DNA from: Neodothiora populina
Taxonomy: Eukaryota
Length of the DNA stretch: 64,000 nucleotides
Assembly: GCF_041146345.1 (NCBI RefSeq)
Contig: NW_027191404.1
Location: forward strand, 2,542,001 to 2,606,000
Direction: 5' to 3'
The translations under genes were made by a program, and so were the position numbers. This document shows, piece by piece, positions 45,199 through 57,755 of this stretch (within the stretch, counting starts at the first letter, position 1; each line of letters opens with the position of its first letter). The notes under the pieces were generated by a model. That model ran no database searches. It saw nothing but the letters and a program-made list of their open reading frames with translations, and was not told the DNA's origin.

Positions 45199-48100
45199 AT
45201 GGACGCTGCGGCATTGCGGACACGCATCCAGGCCACCCTCGACACCAACGCCGATGCCCGTCGGCAGGCGGAGTTGGACTTGCGAATTGTATGTTTATGC
45301 GCATGCAGGTGCCGAGAGATGAAGACAAGGATGAAAATGTGATGGCTGATTGTTCTTTTCTCTTCTTCGCACAGGCCGAGGACAGCGCTGGCTTTTCAGA
45401 TGCTCTCTTGAATATCATCGAGGCCGACCAAGACCCTGGCGTGCGACTTTCCGGTAAGGAAGCCACCGCGTGTGACAATTAACGACCGCTGGCTTTGTTG
45501 GAGACTAACAGCCTGCTGCAGCTGTCGTCTATCTCAAGAATCGCATCACCAAGGGCTGGTCCCCAGGCGAGGAGACCACGGCGAGTCGCGCTCGCCCGGT
45601 GCCTGAGGCAGAGAAGACATCGATCCGCAACCGTCTCGTGCCAATCATCGCCGCCTCGAGTCCGCAGATCCGCGCTCAGCTCATCGCAACGCTCCAGAAG
45701 ATCCTCCACTACGACTTCCCCGAGCAATGGCCAGACTTCCTCAACATCACCGTCACCCTCCTCAACACGCAAGATGCCGGTTCCGTCTTTGCTGGTCTCC
45801 AGTGTCTGCTGGCCATCTGCAGAGTGTACAGGTTCAAGATGGGAGAGATGCGCGGAGACTTTGACAAGATTGTCGAGATGACCTTCCCGCAGTTGTTGGC
45901 CATCGGGAACAACCTCGTCAACGAAGAGAGTCTCGAGGCCGGCGAGATGTTGAGGACGGTGCTGAAGGCGTACAAACACGCCATTTACGTGAGTCTCGAG
46001 ATGTCTTGTCTCATCCATGGATGTTTTAGCACTTTCAACCCTGACTCCCTGATGCCAGTTCGAACTGCCCGAACACCTCCGACAACAACAAAACATGGTC
46101 GGCTGGTGCACCCTCTTCCTCAGCATTGTCGCAAAGACGCCACCTGCCAACTCGATGCTCGAAGACGTCGAAGAGAGAGAGCTGAACCACTGGTGGAAGT
46201 GCAAGAAGTGGGCATACGTCAATCTGAACAGACTCTTTGTCAGGTGTGTCAAATATAATCCCCTTTCACCATGTGAACCATCATACTGCAGGCTAACCAC
46301 AGCTGTGCAGGTACGGTAATCCCGCAAGTCTGTCAAAGACCGAGGCCGAATACACCGAAGTCGCAAAGTCTTTCATCAAGGATTTTGCCCCGGAGATCCT
46401 CAAGGGTTACTTGCAGCAGATTGAGAAGTGGGTCGGCAAGCAGACCTGGCTGAGCAAGCCTTGCTTGTCCTTCACACTCGCTTTCATGGACGAGTGTGTG
46501 AAACCCAAGTCCATGTGGGATCATCTCAAGCCACACATGCCTGTCTTGATCGAGCATCTCATTTTCCCCGTGCTCTGTCAATCCGACGAAGATATCGAGC
46601 TCTTCGAGACCGACCCTTCCGAATACCTCCACCGCAAGCTCAACTTCTACGAGGAAGTGTCCGCCCCCGACGTTGCCGCCACCAATTTCCTCGTCACTCT
46701 CACCAAGGCCAGGCGGAAGCAGACTTTTGCAGTCCTCAACTACGTCAACGACATCGTCAACCGTTACGAGGCTGCCCCCGAAGAGCAGAAGAACCCGAGA
46801 GAGAAGGAGGGCGCTCTTCGCATGATTGGAACTCTTTCCGGTGTCATTCTGGGCAAGAAGAGTCCAATCGCCGACCAGGTCGAGTACTTCTTCGTTCGCC
46901 ACGTCTTCCCCGAGTTCCGCAGCCCCCACGGCTTCCTCCGTGCTCGTGCCTGCGACACTCTCGAGAAGTTCGAGGCTCTTGACTTCAAGGATCCCAACAA
47001 CCTGTTGGTCATCTACCGCAACATCCTCGAGTCCATGGCCGACCCTGAATTGCCTGTCCGTGTCGAAGCCGCTCTGGCCCTGCAGCCACTCATCCGCCAC
47101 GATGTCATCCGTGTTTCCATGCAGCAAAACATCCCCCAGATCATGCAGCAACTGCTCAAGCTGGCCAACGAGGTCGACGTCGATGCTCTTGCAAACGTCA
47201 TGGAAGACTTTGTCGAAGTCTTCGCAGCCGAGCTTACTCCTTTCGCCGTCGCTCTCAGCGAGCAGCTCCGTGATACCTACGTAAGGATAGTCAGAGAGCT
47301 GATCGAGCGCAACAGCAGCAAGGAGGAGGACGACTACGGCGACTTCCTCGACGACAAGAGCATCACAGCGCTTGGTGTCTTGCAGACCATCGGCACCCTC
47401 ATCCTGACGCTCGAGAGCACTCCCGATGTCTTGGCACATCTCGAGACCATCCTGATGCCCGTCATCACCATCACCCTCGACCACAAGCTCTACGATCTCT
47501 ACAACGAAGTCTTTGAGATCATCGACAGCTGCACTTTCGCCGCCAAGACCATCTCCCCGACCATGTGGACCGCTTTCGAGCTCATTCACAAGACCTTCAA
47601 GTCTGGCGCCGAGCTTTACCTTGAGGACATGCTTCCCGCCCTCGAGAACTTTGTCAACTACGGCCGTGAGTCCCTGGTGCAGCAACCGCAATATCTCGAA
47701 GCCATCGTGGACATGATCCGCACCATCTTCAACGACGAAAAGGTCGGCGGTGTCGAGCGTATCTGCGGCTGCAAGCTTGCCGAGGTCCTTATGCTCAACC
47801 TCCGCGGTCACATCGACAACTACATCCCTGAATTCATCGGCCTGGCCATGACTGTGCTGAACAACGATGACACCAAGGTCAAGAGCTACCGCATCCACCT
47901 GATGGAGATGGTGGTCAACGCCATTTACTACAACGCTGCTCTCGCACTCCATGTCCTCGAAGCCAACGGCTGGACCAACAAATTCTTCAGCGCCTGGTTC
48001 TCAAGTATCGACATCTTCACTCGCGTCCACGACAAGAAGCTCTCCATTGCTGCCATTTCCTCTCTTCTCGTCCTCCCTGGCGACCAAGTCCCAGTCACCA

Positions 48101-48702
48101 TCCAGCCTGGCTGGCCTCGTCTGCTGCAAGGCATCGTGCGCTTGTTCCAGACTCTTCCCGCAGCCATGAAGAACCGCGAGGAAGCGACCAGAGAAGACGA
48201 CTTTGGCTTCGGCGGCGACTACGAGGACGAAGAGGAAGACGACGAGTGGGAGGGTGAGGTCGACTGGACGGGCGAGGACATCGGCGAGGAGGGCGAAGAC
48301 GTCAAGGACGAGAGCGCGACATATCTCGAGTTCTTGTCTCAACAAGCCAGCAAATTCAGCACACTGGGCGACGACGACGACGACGACGACGAGCTCGAGG
48401 AAGAATCCCTGCTTGAAACGCCGCTCGACAAAGTCGAGCCATACGCCATGTTCAAACAAGCCATTTTCCGTAAGTTTTGACAATCCTTTCCATGAGCTTG
48501 TAGCTGACTCCCCCCAGAACTCCAACACGAACAGCCGTCTCTCTACGCTGATCTCACAAAGACACTATCACCCGAGGAACAACAGACGATCCAACAAGCA
48601 GTCAACCAAGCCGACCAGATTGCCGCACAACAACAGGAAGCACTCGCTGCCGCAGCCGCCGCCGCCGCCGCCGCCGAGGGAAATCTGAACGGTAGCGGTT
48701 GA
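45199..48702 (+). CDS. NMD5: Importin-7/8 family karyopherin (Nmd5/Sxm1-like)
   Basis: Six exons: 45199-45288, 45375-45452, 45522-45988, 46059-46243, 46311-48469 and 48518-48702. It has an IBN_N N-terminus, HYDFPEQWP, WWKCKKWAY..LNRLF.RYG, REKEGAL, RVHDKKL and an acidic C-terminal tract. Confidence 0.9.
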
Positions 48703-49037
48703 AAGGAAAAAAAAAACATAATTAAAACAATGGAATTTTTGTTGTTGTCTTCTTCTGAATATTGTCACGTCTCTTTCTCTTTCTCCTTTCTTCTAATTGG
48801 GATATCTGTGTGTGTGAAACCAGGAGCATTGTGGAGACAGTAGTAGCATCGTAGGAGCAGCAGGGGACAAAAGAGTAAGATCATGGAGAATGCCAGGAAA
48901 ACATAAAGTTATTTTTAGAAGTAGCAAACACCCCTCAAAAATAAAGACAGGAACGACGATTTGAATATCCCTTGATACAGAATCAGACAAAAGCAACGCA
49001 CAATTTCATCCAATCATGATACATCAGGACAACGGGC

Positions 49038-50875
49038 TCACCGTCTTCCCCTACTACGTCTACTGTCACCCCCTTTACTACTTCTCGTCCTCCTCGTCGT
49101 TCCTCCACTCCTGCTATCGCTGCCTCCTTCCCTCCCATGACTGCTTTTACTGCTCCGTGAGCCACCACCAACAGTGGCAGACGGATTAAGAGCATACGCC
49201 TCGATGTCCGGATCCAGCTCCAGCAGTTCCCTCTCGAGCGGCCAAAGCGGGCTCTCGGGCAGAACTCTAGTAGTGACGTTCGTCTGGCGCGTGCGCAGCT
49301 TCCAGATCACATCCAGCGTGCGCGGCGGCGCACGCTTGGCGTCCTCGTCGAAGAACTCGCTGTTCTCCGGGTAGTCGACGACGAGCTTCCAGTCGGCCAG
49401 CGCCTTGCACTCATAGGGCACGTCTTTGTCGTCGTCGGAGCCCGCGCCGGGCCCTTTGAACTTCAGACGCGTGCGCGCCGACGGGTGGATGTACTCGCAT
49501 GTGTCGCGGAGGGGCGAGTCGGTTTCGTTGCCTGTCGATGGGTCGATGGCGTAGTACCGGCCTGGAGTGCGGGTCGTGGAGCCGCCGAGGGCGTAGATGC
49601 CGGACATGCTGTCGTAGATGCGGCCCCATGACCAGGGCCGGATGCGTTGGTTGGTGCGTTCGTAGAAGCGGTCGGTTTCGTCTTGTTGTTCCAGCAGGTA
49701 GTCGAGGTCCATGTCGAGAAAGGGCCGCACTTGGGACATCATCCATGCGAGCGTCAGGTTCGCTAGTTCTTGGTCTGTGTAGCCTCCGCCGATGTTGGAG
49801 TGGACGCCTGGGAACCAAACTTGGCGGAGACGAGTGCGGTTGCCCGGCGGTTTCTCCCATAGAGCTGGGGAGAAGGAGGACCGTTTTTCGTCGAGAGCTA
49901 GGGCTTGGAAGGCGTTTCCTATGCAGTTTGAGAGCCTTGTGTCGTAGAAACTCATCGTCTTGTTCGCTGAGGATTGGATGCCGACCTTTTCCAGCCAGCC
50001 TATCCGAGGTGTACCTAGCGAGCCTTGATTCGGACTGTTAGCTTTACAAGTTGCTTATCGTACTTGTCTCTTGTTCTTACCAACTGTGTCCCAGACACCG
50101 ATTGCTTTGATCGGCACATCGAGCAGTGTAAGACCTCGCTATTGCTGTCAGTCACTAGATCGGGAAGCAATATACGGGCAGAGCAAACTTACCCTAGCGA
50201 GTTCTTCTCGATACCTCGGATCAAGAGCACTAGGCTTGTTACGAAACGGGAGGTCGGGATACTGAGGCTTATAGTCCGGATCATGCCTGTGTTGGACATC
50301 CTTGTATATCTCAGCGAAAAAGGGCATTCCCTTTTTCGTCAAGACCCCGATTTCTCCAATGAGGCCAGCGATTGCACGTGCAGTAAATGCTCCTCGACTA
50401 AATCCGAAGAAGAAGAGTTCATCTCCCAGTTCGTAGTTAGTCGCAACGAAATCGTAGCCTTCGCGTACATTTTCGCTGAGACCTTGATAATGTTGTCAAT
50501 TAACTGTTCAAACAACACATGTATAACTCTATCTTACCTTCACCTGTAATGCCGCCATAGACACGATCGACGAGTCCGGCCGAGGAGCCTACTCCTCGGT
50601 GGTAATAGACAATTTGTTGTATGCCATCAGAGCTTTGAGGCCTGATGGCTCTCGATATTCGAGTCACATTTGATGGTGTGCTAATGTCTTTCAGAGCCCC
50701 ATTATCAGAATTGAGCCAAGTGCCTGCGCGAGAATCAGCACGAGTTGATCACACACATCTCAACTTTACTTTTACCATCTTCAGCGACAATCAGTCGCTT
50801 ATAGGGTTCGTCTTTGACCAGCGAGAGATCCCTTTCTCGTGTCCGTAAGGTATCTGCTATACTAGACGCCGGCAT
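49038..50875 (-). CDS. DUF2235 alpha/beta hydrolase (Tle1-like phospholipase domain)
   Basis: Five exons giving KRLIVAEDGTW, PSNVTRI, YYHRGVG, GFSRGAFTAR, IGVWDTVG, AFQALALDEKR and QVWFPGVHSNIGGG. Confidence 0.9.
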
Positions 50876-51386
50876 ATATTGCTGATCGCCACCTAAATGA
50901 GGTGATTCGGTTCGCTTATACAGCAGAAGAGGCTTCAGTCAACCCCAAGCTCCAGATACGACTTTATTCTAACGACAACAACAACGACAATAGAGTGTAA
51001 AGAGAAGAGAAAGAAAAGAGCTTCTTGAAGGGGACAGGTACAGAGTACTTGTAAATGGGACCTCCTCTCCCATGCCTGTATCAATCGGGCATAGACGAGG
51101 GCAGAAGTGCGGGTCAAGGTACATGAGGCTTGGCATGAGGTGTCGCTCGATACACTGCGCTTATGCCCAACACAGACCACCTGGCACGGCGGTATAGGCC
51201 GCAGACCGCCTTTTATGTATTTCTCAACACTTGCGTTGTCAAAACGGCAGATCGTGCAAACACAGCCGATATGCCGTGGACGCTGATAAGATACTTGGCT
51301 GTCTACATTGGTCATGTGAACTATAGGAAGATTGGATTATTGATTTGCTCTTCCCTCCTCTACTCTATCTACGTTTTCACACCCGT

Positions 51387-52448
51387 TTAACCTCTGAAGC
51401 TTCTGGCATGTCTTCTGGCCTTGCCGTTGTAGGTGGTCTCGTCCTTGGCGTACAAGTAGTCGATCCACTCGAGCAGATCTCCAAGAGTAAGTCCGGAAGG
51501 AATGGGCTTCATGGAGCTGGCAGCAGTACCGGTGGCAGAAGCGGTGATGGTGCTGCTGAGGGCAGCAGTGGGGACCTGGGAAGCAACGGCAGAGACAACG
51601 GCGGCAGCAGAGGTAGCGGCAGCCGAGCTAGAGCTGATGGTCAGAGTTGTGGTACAGCTGGATGAGGAAGCTGTGGCAACATACGACGAAATAGCAGCAG
51701 TGGAAGAAGCGACCTGGGTGTTGGCAGCGACCGACGAAACGGAAGCACTGTCAGAACCACTGCCGGAGCCACCGACAGTGAAGTCGACGCAAGACTCATA
51801 GGTCTGGTCAATGTCGTGGGCGTCCCAGTAGTGCTGGATAACGCAAGCGCCAGCAGTGGAGCAAGTAGAACCGAGGTCAGAGGGGATAGTGATGCTGAAG
51901 CTGGTCTGGTTGGCGTAGTCGCTGTTGCTGTTGGAGGCAAAGACATCCCACGAAGCCAAAGGAGATCCAATGACAGAGTTGGTGGCGGTGTTCACAATGG
52001 AGACGTTAGCGACACCAGTGTGGGGAGCACGAATGTCTGGGTTTTGTCAGTAGAGTGATACCGCATCACTGGATCATCGTCTACTAACCGAACTTGAAGT
52101 CAACCTTCTGACCAGCAGTGTAGGTCTGAACGTTGGCAGTGTTGTCCTTGTACTTGTAACCCTTGCAAAGCCAGATGTTGCAGGCAGCAGCGTCGTAGTC
52201 GTTCTGGGTTGCTGCGACCTGAAGTTCACCCTGGATATTGCCGTAGTTGTCACCCTTTTGGTTGTTGAAGACCTGCTGACCGCAGCCAGCTTCTGTTTTA
52301 TTTGTGAGAATGAGATTGTCAATTCTACGAAGCAATACTTACGCATCTCAGATCCAGGCATACGGGCCGTGGGGCTGGTGATGAATCCGTGACCATGGAC
52401 AGAAGCGGCCATTCCGACGACGGCGAGAGCAGATGCAGTGTACTTCAT
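51387..52448 (-). CDS. Secreted lytic polysaccharide monooxygenase-like copper protein, CAZy AA16, with S/T/A-rich C-terminal extension
   Basis: Exons 52448-52343, 52292-52089 and 52036-51387. A signal peptide is followed by His1 (HGFITSP..RMPG), then NIQGELQ, CNIWLCKG, IRAPH (second His), ANVSIV and DQTYESCVDF (axial Tyr). This closely matches my recollection of AA16 sequences. Confidence 0.88.
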
Positions 52449-53560
52449 TTTTTCGGTGTATTGATAGAAGATAGAAGTTTTAATGGCAGTAGCAAACCAG
52501 TGCTGCTGAAAGAAAGTATGAAAATAATGAGTGTAATGGTCACAGACCTGTAAAGAGCGAAACGATGCAAAGACTGCGGTAAGACTGCTGAGGATGAGGA
52601 GGAGAATTGTTCTTCAGAGGTATGGACATGGCTACTGATATACTCTCTCGCGGCTGCACAGGGGTGCAACAAACCCTACACTATCCGAGCAGTGACAATG
52701 GTCCCGTAGGAGGCCCATAGGATACAAACAACTACGTCTCACCAGGAGGAGATCTCTGCGGGTCGAAGAGTCCTTGCTAGGATCCGATCTGGGCGCTTGT
52801 CAACTCGGTTAGTCGTTGTCGATATACGACGGAACGAGGCTCTTCCACATTTGGAACGCCCCCATTGTCAAAGTCCTTTTTAATCTCGTCTAGGAGGCGG
52901 GAACAATATTTGCCGGACTCTATAGATCTTTTACTCCTGGTCTAGAGGAATTCGGATAGAGACGAAGCAATCTGAAACACTCACGATGGGGTATAAAACA
53001 TGAGACAGGACGAAATGAAGTCCACTTGACAACGGTACATGAGTAGTTGTTTCACGTAGACTGTGGGCGCTCTTGCGCCAAGAACTTGGTCTCGACGAAG
53101 CGCCGCGCTCCGAGCGATTCGACACAAGTTCACTCCTTACTTCAGGAATCGATAATTATGAAGAGTCGTAGTCAAACAATATAAAGCTGTTGCATTTAAC
53201 TAATCCGATCGCTACCTTTGAGCAGCTACAAACGTTTACGTCGCAGATTTATAGTGTTCATCTCTGAGCTTGAACGGTCAATCCGCTATGAATCAGGTAA
53301 GCTTACTGAAGCAGCCGGTGTACTTCTGCGTCTACCTTAGGCTCGGAGATGTGCCAGAAGAAAGACACAATCAACGTTCGAGTCGACGGTCGAAGAGGTG
53401 TACGCGGAGAATGAGACGTAGCGACTGATGGCGAGCGGCGAGTAAATCGGTCTTTCAGCTAAAGTCGCCATGCACAAAGGACCTTGTCGTCGTCTTTGTC
53501 GTGTCGAAGCATCAAAGCGCCGAGGCGGCGTCAACCTTTGTTTTATAACCATAAAAGCTG

Positions 53561-53620
53561 AGTGTCTTTCATCCTCACAAAAGTGTCTTTCATCCTCAAC
53601 AAAAGGCATCCTCACAAAAA
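53561..53620. repeat. About 21-nt tandem repeat (2.5 copies) upstream of the orphan ORF
   Basis: agtgtctttcatcctca at 53561 and 53582, plus a partial catcctcacaaaa at 53607. Confidence 0.75.
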
Positions 53621-53761
53621 AACACATTGTCACAATGAGACAAAGAGTGCGATATGAACCTCGCAAGGTATAAATATTGTGACCTTTGCATTATGATCTA
53701 CGACTCGATCCTCAAGACCATTTCACCAGCAACAAAAACAACAACAGCATTCTGACCTACT

Positions 53762-54409
53762 ATGTACTCACTGCCCAACGCTCATATTGATGTCTCTCCA
53801 GTGGCATCACCAAAGAAGCTAGCAGTCCGTCCATCAAGGAAAGAAAACTCACCTCCCCCTCTGTCGTTCACTAACAGTCCCTTCGGCAAGACTTACCTCA
53901 AGAACCCTGACTTCGAGCGCAAGCTCCTCGAGGCACAGAAGGTAGGTGATGCAAGAGGCTACAAGCAAGGTACACGATTCAAGAGAAGTCTTCCTGAGAT
54001 GGGACAGATCCCAATCACCCTTGACTCTAAATTGAACACTAAAGAAGAAGGTAAGCCGACTCTGTACTCGAACTCAAAGCCAGCGGAAGCCAAAGGTCTG
54101 ACTCGTTCTTCCAGCGTAAGAACACCTCCTACGCCACAGTGGGATGCGTTGCCTCTCGAAGATTTGGTCTTCTGGCAGACACGCGGACTGCCCAAAGCTG
54201 GTCCACAAAAGGAGATGGTACAGAAAATGTCCAACGGCATCGAGCGCTCGCCATTCGGGTGGATCATATGCCACGATGTCGAGCCTGATGACTTTGCTAG
54301 AATTGGTGGCATCCCGAGGTTCAAAAGACGTTCGAGCTGGGAGCAGATCAACGACGAAGACGAGATGGCGCTTATGAACAGTGCGCTTGATTACATGCTT
54401 GAGTCTTAA
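53762..54409 (+). CDS. Hypothetical protein (215 aa, intronless)
   Basis: Clean ATG-to-TAA ORF preceded by a TATAAA (53669) and a CAA-rich leader. No recognisable domain. Confidence 0.6.
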   Translation: MYSLPNAHIDVSPVASPKKLAVRPSRKENSPPPLSFTNSPFGKTYLKNPDFERKLLEAQKVGDARGYKQGTRFKRSLPEMGQIPITLDSKLNTKEEGKPTLYSNSKPAEAKGLTRSSSVRTPPTPQWDALPLEDLVFWQTRGLPKAGPQKEMVQKMSNGIERSPFGWIICHDVEPDDFARIGGIPRFKRRSSWEQINDEDEMALMNSALDYMLES

Positions 54410-54828
54410 CGTGATGTACAAGCTCAGGTCAGGTAGAGGAGTGTTGCTTGTGATGTTCTTCGATTTTTAGATAAAGTTGCAAAATTGATTACACTTCATA
54501 AAATAGTTCATACCTCGATAGTGATAGACTCATCGTGCATAATGGGTGCTGCAGGTGACAACTACAAACTTTACCCTCACATAGCTTTTCTATTTTAAGA
54601 CCATCGTATCATGAGAACATTTTCCCCCATAAGGTTCCGCCATCTCCCTCTCCGGAAACTCCTAATTTTCCGGAAGAGATCATGGGTTCGCTCTCCGCCC
54701 TCTCGGCTCCTTCCTCCCGCACTGCATTTTCGTTCTCGCACTAGAAAGACCTCACCATGAGGAGATACTTTACCTTACTTGATACAAACGACAGCAATTG
54801 TAGACATCGCCAACGAATGATGTGTGCA

Positions 54829-54863
54829 CTACGCCCTACGCCCTACGCCCTACGCCTTACGCC
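54829..54863. repeat. (CTACGCC)5 heptamer repeat
   Basis: Four perfect units plus one TTACGCC unit. Confidence 0.85.
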
Positions 54864-56061
54864 CGGAACCTAGAATACTCTTAAAAGAATGATATGATGT
54901 TCAGACGTACTGAACCTCACAGCCTTATCTAGCAGAACCATGGATTGGCTAGCTGGACCATCCTTCCTTTTGACTTTTGCATCGAATCATGCTTTTTCAC
55001 ATGAAGTGGAACTGGCATCAGACTATCGAAGGAGAACGTGCCAATCCGCTCGTGCTACGGTGGTGTAATGGTTGGTGTTTCTCATTGAAAAAGACCGAGA
55101 TAAAGCTTGCTCGCATTTCACAGTAGCACAGGTAGAATCGCGGGGCGGGGCGCGGGGTACCGCTGGCTGGAGCCCAGCAGCAGCAGCGTCTGGAAGGGTG
55201 TCGTGGAGCAAGGTAGGGTTTTGCCTTTCGGTTGTATGCGGACGGTGCAGATAGCTCGTTGTCCTTGGGCCGCATTTTTCTGTCCTTGAGTAGTGTGTCT
55301 TCGCCTGTGTTGTATATATAGCGATACTTGCGGTGCTGAGCCCGACCGATGCTACAGAAGGATTGGCCGAGAGAACCTACACTCCCTCGGGGCTTCTTGA
55401 TGGTTCTAGCTGGCGTCCTCGCTCGCTGGCGTCCGCGCTGATCTGCGATATCTCGTCACACTGCTCCATCGTGATCAGCGCCTGCAGACAATGCAGGTCA
55501 GAGTCTGAGGCGCCTGTTCCCGCACGATGCTTGTTCATGTGAGAAAGGATTCCATCGTTCGCAAAAGTGGATGCAAAAAGGGAAGTAGATCATCCCCTCT
55601 CCTCGTCGCAGTCCTATTTGATTTGGTCGGAGGATTGCATAGACTCGGACGGGGTTGTGCATACCAAGCATTGAGCTACTGAAGACAAGACTTACGGGTC
55701 TCGAATCTGGTATGGGCCTTGGGGAGTCACAAAGTAATGTACATAGCGCTGTGGCTGCAGCTCGGAGACGTATCCTCCAGCCTCCAGAAGCAGCTCTATG
55801 CATCCTTCCCGTAGCTGAGTCTGCTGTAGCTGGATCGAAGGAGCAAATATGAGGGATCAGGCTGGTATAACACTGCTTTCCTGAGTCCTTCTCGCTTTCC
55901 AAGAATAAGGGAGAGAACAGAAGCTTAAGAATGACCTTACACCCATGCCTCCTCTCTGGAACCTTTGAACTGGGTTATTCCCTGTTTCCTCTCACTTACT
56001 TCAGTGTGCCAATGATATTTTGAGCTTAGACGTAAAGAACATTCACTGCAGAAACATAATA

Positions 56062-57081
56062 ATGCTGCAAACGGCGGAAGAGGAAGCAAGACTTTCTCCT
56101 GGGATGCCATATGCATTCGTACCTTTCGAGACGAAAAGTCGGAAGAAAGTTTACACACTGTTTCGTGGTTGGAAAGATAGTAGCACCTACGCCTCGTCGC
56201 CTTTCGTGACCAAGGTCGAGTTCCGCATGCGGTTGGCTGGTATTGAATATCGAAATGATTGTGGAGCGCCTTGGATGGGCCCAAAGGGGAAGATACCGTA
56301 TCTCAAGATCTCCGATAGCAGTACGGAGCAAGAGGAACAGGCGCAGAATGCGCAGATATTGGGCGATTCGGCATTGATCATCAAGTATCTTGTGGAAGAA
56401 CAAGGACTCGAGGATCTGAACAAAGGCTTGAGTGGTGAGGACAAAAGTAAGGACTTGGCGATCAGAGCGCTGCTGGAGGACAAGCTATATTTCTATCATG
56501 TAAGTAGGCTGATGCCAGCGGATGGTAGGATGCTGACTTCGAGGATTACCAGATGCGCGAATGCTGGATTGACAATTACTATGCTCAATGAGATCAAGCA
56601 TTATCAGAAGTTCCCTTCCCAATCCGCTTCTTTGCAGGTCAAATAGTGTATAAGAAGGTGGTTCGCACACTTTGTGGCCAAGGAGCCGGCAGACACACCT
56701 CTACTGAGATCAAAATGTTCAGAGAAGAAATATGGGTATCTCTGAACGAGTTACTAAATGCTGCACGAGTAGATCGGTCTAGGGATCCATTCTGGTGCCT
56801 TGGGGGTGACAATCCCACCGAGGCCGACGTGACACTTTTCGCCTTTGTCAGCTCGATTCTTGCTGGAACGAGGTGAGTTTGTCTATTATGATACAAGTTT
56901 GTACGTGGGCTGATCGAGGCCAAGCTGTCCTGAGTCTTCCGCGCTGCTCAGAAGCCTACCTGCGATAATGAATTATACGGACTTGATCCATCAGGCGTTT
57001 TTCTCGGACTACGGAGCTACTATACCTAGTCAGGTGTCTTCTGCTGCGCAACACGCAGCGATGATCTCGACGAAGCTGTGA
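56062..57081 (+). pseudogene. GST-like / failed-axon-connections (FAX/metaxin-type) gene with an in-frame premature TGA
   Basis: Exons 56062-56499, 56553-56872 and 56925-57081. Motifs are SPFVTKVEFRMR, PKGKIPY, LGDSALI, LLEDKLYFY, GQGAGR and PTEADVTLF. An in-frame TGA lies at 56589-56591. Confidence 0.7.
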
Positions 57082-57755
57082 CTATTTTTTGGCTGTGCCT
57101 CGCGTAAGGAATCTCTGTGCTGCGGGTCATCTTTCATACAGCGACGGACGTTGTTTCTAGTATCTGCCCTTACGGTACCGATAATTCAGTCAGGCAGAGA
57201 TAGCTCTCTGCTGTTACGTCTCTCCCTCGGACCATCGTGGATCATTATAAGCTCGTACTTTAAGTCGTGATATTCGTCGGAGTAAAAAGCCGCATGTAAC
57301 CCGATTGTGCAATGATCGCGATAATTGAAAAGCGCACTCGTGTGGCCAATGCAGGTACTTACTAGTGGGATGTGGACCGATCGCGCCAGTTGAGCTGCCC
57401 CACTGATAAGTGTAATATAAATATCGTTCTGTTATCGCCTCTACTGTAGGTAAGATAATTGAACCTATTTTGTTAGAAGATCTTGGTCGCTTTACAACGA
57501 TATGAGCATAACTTTCAAGCGAATCCATGCACTCATGAACCTAAAGTGCTACTCCGGACTAGTCTAGATCCAGAAGGTAATATCGAACATAAGTTCGACG
57601 ATATGCTCATAACCGCCGTACCACCTCCCTATATGGTGCATAGTCTGAAGATATACTCACGCAAGTCCCTGTAGATCAGAATTGTTGATCTGCTTTATAA
57701 ACGACCATGGATAGCCCACGGTTGATGCATCAAAGGTTTGAGTCTCCGAGAAACT

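Noticed and set aside
46333..47952. 539-aa antisense ORF within the importin gene (also the long antisense or alternative-frame ORFs within eIF4G, RQT4 and TOR)
   Set aside because: These are shadow ORFs produced by strong codon bias on the coding strand, with no recognisable motifs.
53561..53620. Direct repeats as a CRISPR-like array
   Set aside because: The context is eukaryotic, and the repeats are adjacent with no unique spacers, so this is a simple tandem duplication.
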